A stretch of 64,000 nt of DNA from Chrysemys picta bellii (lineage: Eukaryota). Each line of letters starts with the position of its first letter. The first letter of the stretch is position 1. Of the stretch, positions 58,431-64,000 are shown in pieces. The stretch lies in contig NC_088797.1 in assembly GCF_011386835.1 (NCBI RefSeq), positions 33,790,001-33,854,000 on the forward strand, written 5' to 3'. The position numbers were made by a program, and so were the translations under genes. The notes below the pieces were generated by a model. It searched no databases and was not told where the DNA came from. It saw only the letters and a list, made by a program, of their open reading frames with translations.

Positions 58431-59143
58431 TCAAAACGCAGAGTACCGCGCCCTGTCCGCATACGACTCCCGCCCGAACCGCTGAACATCGTAGAGGGAG
58501 GCCCGAGCGACCGACGAGACTGGAGACAGCTGACAACGTTCATAACCGTACGCCTCTCCGACGGTGGTGGCCGCGGTTGCCGTGCGACGCAGGGGGCTTC
58601 TATCCCGGGTGTAATAGGTGGAGGATGCGGCTGCTGCAGCGGCAGTTGCAGCTGCAGCTACTGCTGCTGCTGCTGCTCCCGGGGTTGGCAGCAGCGCTCT
58701 ATCATAAGGGTCTAGGGTAGTAGTGAGGCGATTGGCCATGGCTGTGGTGGCGGCCATGGCTGTGGTGGCGGCCATGGCTGTGGTTTGTACTTGGGAGTAT
58801 TGCGCATACTGCGAATACTGGGCCATTGTTTGCTCTGCATAGGCGTCGTATGCAGATGCCGTAGCATAGGGCCTCACGCGATATCTTTTGTAGTAGTCGA
58901 CCATTGCTCCATACCCATCATCGTAATACATGGTCTCCCCATAGCCCGCGGGGTAGGGAGTGCGCACCGCTCCGTACTGCTCATTATAGGTTTCGGTAAA
59001 GTCAGGCACTTGCCCCGTGCGATCTACCGGACACTCTTTAGACCAGTGCCCTTCTTTCCCGCACCGATAGCAGCCACTCTTGTCTCCCATCCCGGGCGCG
59101 GTCCTGAGCCGACTGGTGGACAACTGCACGTGCATCCGCTTGC
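58431..59143 (-). CDS. RBM4: RBM4 family copy B (RBM4B-like position), second coding exon: CCHC zinc knuckle, Ala-rich region, RS dipeptides
   Basis: ctgtttcttaaag|GC gives [39 protein letters not shown]...RDRSPLRR...[10 protein letters not shown]-stop; 713 nt, phase 1. The RRM exon was not found in 59144-64000. Confidence 0.95.
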
Positions 59144-61974
59144 CTTTAAGAAACAGACGCAAGAATGGTTGCTATAATAAACTGATGCCACATGGAAAAC
59201 CACAAGATTTGTAACAAAACAAAGCATATTAAATCTTGATTTAAAATGTATCAAGACAAGCTGATCGATTCACCCCCTCAGTACATCTAACCAGACAGCT
59301 ACAATTATTGAGCATTCTGCCCATAAGTCAAACCAACAATTTTACCCGTCAGCTTTTACGGGATACTGGCTCCTCACTGTCTACTAAGATTTACCCCCGT
59401 GAAGCGATGCAGAGCCCCAAGAACAGACAGAACTCCCAAGAACTCCAGTGATTGTATCTGTCTTGGAATGGTTATTGATGGAACTCCGGAAGGAAACACA
59501 TCCTGACAAATCCCAAGATGACTTTTCAGAAGATATCCATATAATGATTGTCAGAGCAGACCAGGAACAACACAGCATGAACTACCATACTTAGCAAGAG
59601 GGTTCAAGAAAGTTACATACATTGGCAGCACAAGTACAATTCAAAATGGTCTAGACTCTCTGGCCATTTCCAGGCCTGGTGAAGGCTGGGCATTACCAGA
59701 TACGTACAATAAGCTCACACCACAGCAATCTTATGGCAGGCGATTTGCAGAACAGCTAAACAAAAAGGAGCCACGTGCCCACCATCCAGGCCACAGGGGA
59801 GACCAGGAGAAGTTAACTGGCAGAAAGGGCATGGGGATGGCTCCTACCAATGTCCAAAGAGATCTTTAACCCCCTTTTTAAAACACAAAGCCCGCAGCAC
59901 CTGATGGGAAAAAGTAGCAGGATGGATATAGCAGTCATGGGCTCTGTGGACAAAGCATTGTAGAACTATTGCGTGTGCTTGTGGTTTTCCATTGCTTATG
60001 GTCAGTTTTGTGGAAAAACATTTTCCTCTGACACTGAAGTCAGTGGGAGCTGCTCTGAATGTCAGGCCACTTATTTAGATGCCTTTACAGCAATCTTGAT
60101 ATGCAAGTTTAGACTGTCAAGTTTGAAAGCACTAACTAAACTGTGTAAGGCAATCTTTCCATGCAAGTTAGCTATAAGCCTCTGGATAATTAACAGTTTT
60201 GTAATAGCAATTTGCTCTTCCACCTCAAATGAAAAAGCTACACACGAAATTTCTCACACTGCAAACACTTTGGCTGCATGTTTAGTCTGCAAACCTAACC
60301 TAGAACTAACTTGCTGTTCTGTTTTCAATATCAGTGAGTCCTGCGGAACTCAGTGCTAGATTTTTCTTTGGCAGTTTTCTTTGCCAAGATGTCTCAGCTG
60401 ATTGCATACAGCAAGTGAGCTTCTCCTTGCAGAGGAGGCAATCTATTCTATTTAGATTCTTATACCATGCACCTTAGCACAGCAAGAATGCTGTAGTTGC
60501 ATGCTAGATGTAGATGATGTACTACAAAGAAAGTGGATTTGCCAGTTAGCCCAAAGCAAAGGAGCATTTCAGACCAGAAACGGTCTACTTGTCACTCAAA
60601 GTTTTGACTGTAGGACAAGAGACTGAATATAGACACTACACAAAGGAGTTCTTGGTGTGAAACAGCCAATACTTCAAGGAGCATAATGTAGGGATCCTTG
60701 TGGTTTTGGTATTAAGGTCAGATTTAAGTATAGCACTTTTGCCAGCTAATCTGAAAAATATTTAATTGTTTGAATTACTGAGTTACTTGCTACTTTCAGT
60801 GTATTAAAGCTATTTATTGATCACCATTCTTGTGCTTTGCAATGTACAAAAGCAGAGGTGAGAAGGTCCCTCCAACCAGGTGACACTGAAGGAGCTTCTG
60901 CACTTGAAGCTGGAAAAGAAAAAAGCATTGTAACCACAACATGCGACCTCTATCTCCGACATGCATCCGGCCCTCAGCAGCATTCAGAGAGTCAAAACCC
61001 AGATTATATTCTACATCAAGAGCCACCATTTCAGTTAGATGTTACAGAACATAAATCACAACAGAATCCAGTAATCCTTTAGCCAGAAGTCCATAAACAG
61101 TCCCAGTTTAACTGCACAAGCTTATGGGTGATCTCTTGCCAGCTTGACTTACCTTAAGTTACAGAGATATAGCCAGTGTTTTCGGTAGCAAAGCAACTTA
61201 CCACTATGGCACTTACCTGACAGAGAAGGACACCATTGCATTCACCTTCTACGGTGCTTCCCATCAAGTGTTTGAGACTGATACTAAACAGGTAGGAAAG
61301 TGCTGTAGGCTCAGGGCTGGAAAACCAGTTATACGATACTTGACCATAGCAACCTACCGAATAAAGCCAATCCTCTGCAGTGAGAGTTGAGCAGCCCTTT
61401 TTATATTCCATTTTATCATGAGGGACGGACTAGATTAATCCAAAGGCCCTTTCCATGCTACTCCAATGTAGATCAGATAGACTTGTCACATAGAATCCTT
61501 AAAAGAGTGTATATTCTCCTCAGCAGTCTGCCAAGACATCACATGGCCAGAAATACCTCTGCACAGTTCCAGTTAAAAATAGCTATTCTTAGACAGCTGT
61601 CAGGAGCTTGAGGCCACTATTTGGGTGTACATTTGACTGAAATGAGCATGACCTCTTGTTCTCAAGCATTTCTTTGAACAATTCCCATCTGGGCCTTCTG
61701 CCTCAAACATCACTTCTGCGAAAGGGACATGGTCCGCCAGGATGCATATTTGTGAAGATGGTCTGGGTGCAACATGGCCAACTTCCCCATGTTATAGATC
61801 AAGTGTATCATTTTCAAAAGTGCCCATGTCACTTTTGAAAATAGGCCTTAAGAGGTTAAGTGACACTTGTTTTTGAAAATGTTACCCCTAATGGTGCTTG
61901 TGTTTTCAGAAGTAAGTAATAAAGTCCCTCTCAGAAAAAAAACACAAGTAACTTCATTTTTTATATATTCTAGA

Positions 61975-61977
<3 letters not shown>

Positions 61978-62004
<27 letters not shown>
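61978..62004. repeat. (CA)13 microsatellite
   Basis: Read directly from the sequence. Confidence 0.95.
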
Positions 62005-62005
<1 letters not shown>

Positions 62006-63519
62006 GGCAGCCCTGAAAGCTGAAGTAACATCTATAAAATAGGTCTGGCACTACCGGTGCCCACACAATGTGCCAGCATCCCCACCCAGCCAAAATGTCT
62101 TAATCCTGACCTGGAGGGCCACTTTGAAGGGGGTGGGGGGGTGGGGGGGTTCCATCCTCCATGGCCAGTTCAATCTTTGGACTTTCAGGGTTTATGAAAG
62201 GTGCACACCTGTTCAACAGGAACTGGGCTGGGACCCACCAGCTTATTTAATGGGAATTATGGAAGTGCTATGAGTAGGCTTGGAGGAATTTAATTTTTAA
62301 TCAGAAAACCTCTATTTCACTGTACATACACTAACCAGTGGAAAAAATATTTCCATCGATAATTAAAATTTACAGATAGGCAACATAAGAAAAATGTGTT
62401 TTCCCCTATAATGCAGTAAAAATTTTTGGCTCCCGAGGACAGCGTTATATCGGGGTAGAGGTGTAACTATTGTCTGACCCTCCCTCCCCTAATTTCACAC
62501 AACTGTGAACATTTAAAGCATTTTTTTAGATTTTTTGTTAATTTAAAATAATACTAGCCACCAAAATATTATAAAAATAAAATTCTGCCAAGCCTAGCTT
62601 TGGGGTGTTAACAGCTTTTGGTCACTGAGCCTGGGACAGAAGAATTAGTGGCAAGGTGCAAAACACCCTTTGTTTCATAGTCTGAATATAATCAATGAGA
62701 GAGTTCTATTTCTGCTTGTCACTAGAAAATGGAAACCAAATGTCTTAGCCACTTACGGTGCAGAGAAGTTTATTAGTAGAAACACGAAACAAGCACTCAT
62801 GCATTAATAGCAGCCCTGCTACAAGCTTCAAATGGCTAATCTCCCTAAAATCCCATTAATTTCTATGTAGGCCATATGGGTATATGCAATGCAGTGTTTT
62901 AGACCCAAGACAGTCAGGCCTCCAGGCACACACCCTTTCTTTTACAGGGCTGCCTAAAGATACACCTGGCTGCTGCTTCTAAGAGAAGACAAATATTCTG
63001 TTCTAAACAGAAGAGCAGCTGTTTCTTTACTAAAGATTATGTCTACAAACCCTTAACAGGTTAACTTTTGGGATGAGGTGTTGAGAGATGCAGCATCACT
63101 TTCAATGGTTGTACCAGACATGCCCGTTAGCTGAGGTAGAGCTTCACAGCCTAACTCCCAAGACTAGATAGGGCGTACCCATTGTAGGACCCAAAGATCT
63201 GTGCACAGGTGTAACATGACAGTCTACAAATCCACTTGCTTTCCACATTGCACTAACAGATGGCTTTGTACTGCTGGAGCAGAGACAGCTCATGCAACCA
63301 AAACATTGGGAATGACAAAAATTGCACATCTGTTTTGTTGCCACTGCTCAGTGTTGATAAATTGAAAGTATTCCCTGCTATGTGCATTAATTTGAACGCT
63401 TACTGAGTTCCTAAATTAGCTGGATCAACTCTAAGAGATCTGGGCACCACTCTGGGCAAGTCAATGGAAACCAGTGTGCAGGAGCAAAGTGCTAAGGTAC
63501 GTAAGGGATGGGATGGAGA

Positions 63520-64000
63520 ATCCTGAAGATATAATGCCATTCTATAAATCATTGGGACACCTCCACCTAGAGTACTGTGTTCTATTTTGGTCACCCCAGC
63601 TCCATAAAGTATGTATCAGAAACAGATGAGGGCAAAAGACAGGTGATGAGAATTATGAGCCTGAAAAAACTCTCATATGAAGAGATTAAATGAATGGGGC
63701 CGTTTATCTTACAGACAAATGAGAGAATGTGATAGGAATACACAAAACAACAAATGGGATAGAGGCAATAGACTGGATGCTATTTACCCTCTCATCATAC
63801 AAAAACATGGGGCTATTCCACAACAGTGATAGTGTTTCCTTTGACCTGTTTTAAAGTTGCTCCTCTTTCCACACTGAGCACAATTCACATGTGGAACTCA
63901 CTACCTCAAGGTATCACCAAGATCAAAAACTAAGCAGGATTCAAAGAGTATTGACCATTTACAGGGATAAGGATAGCCAGAACAAGAACAGTAAATGTTA
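63520..64000 (+). mobile_element. Decayed CR1 ORF2 C-terminal/3'UTR fragment
   Basis: TATAAATCATTGGGACACCTCCACCTAGAGTACTGTGTTCTATTTTGGTCACCCC corresponds to YKS...PHLEYC..WSP; TCATATGAAGAGATTAAA follows. Confidence 0.7.

Noticed and set aside
7594-59143. One scrambled or trans-spliced RBM4 gene made from the two exons
   Set aside because: Two paralogues each cut by a window edge is far simpler; copy A has its own promoter and copy B its own 3'UTR exon.

Overview
Vertebrate genomic DNA, most likely from a turtle. That assignment is inferred from the repeat landscape (CR1 3' ends, GC-rich hAT-type MITEs, GTCTACAC-TIR MITEs, a Penelope-like terminal fragment), not from a search. The window is the CCS/RBM14/RBM4 neighbourhood. 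Gene order: RBM4-family copy A (-; non-coding exon 1 and 412-nt RRM exon, rest off the left edge) <-> Harbinger-transposase-derived gene (+; 2 exons, 368 aa, catalytic residues lost) -> <- CCDC87 (-; single exon, 913 aa) <-> CCS (+; 8 exons, 277 aa) -> RBM14 (+; 3 exons, 723 aa) -> about 14 kb of TE-rich DNA <- RBM4-family copy B (-; zinc-knuckle/Ala-rich exon and 3'UTR exon, RRM exon off the right edge). All exon phases reconcile with GT-AG junctions. Top leads: (1) RBM14 intron 1 begins with a polarised array of about 25 copies of the gene's own exon-1 end plus 5' splice site; 11 copies keep AG|GT and lie behind an in-frame stop, so this may be a poison/decoy-donor array. (2) An intact but predicted nuclease-dead Harbinger transposase gene shares a bidirectional promoter with RBM4. 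(3) The mammalian routes to short RBM14 isoforms (CoAM donor, RBM14-RBM4 read-through) appear unavailable here, while candidate poison exons exist. (4) The RBM14 prion-like domain has a regular His-containing 12-aa repeat. Splicing, expression and functional statements are sequence-based predictions only.
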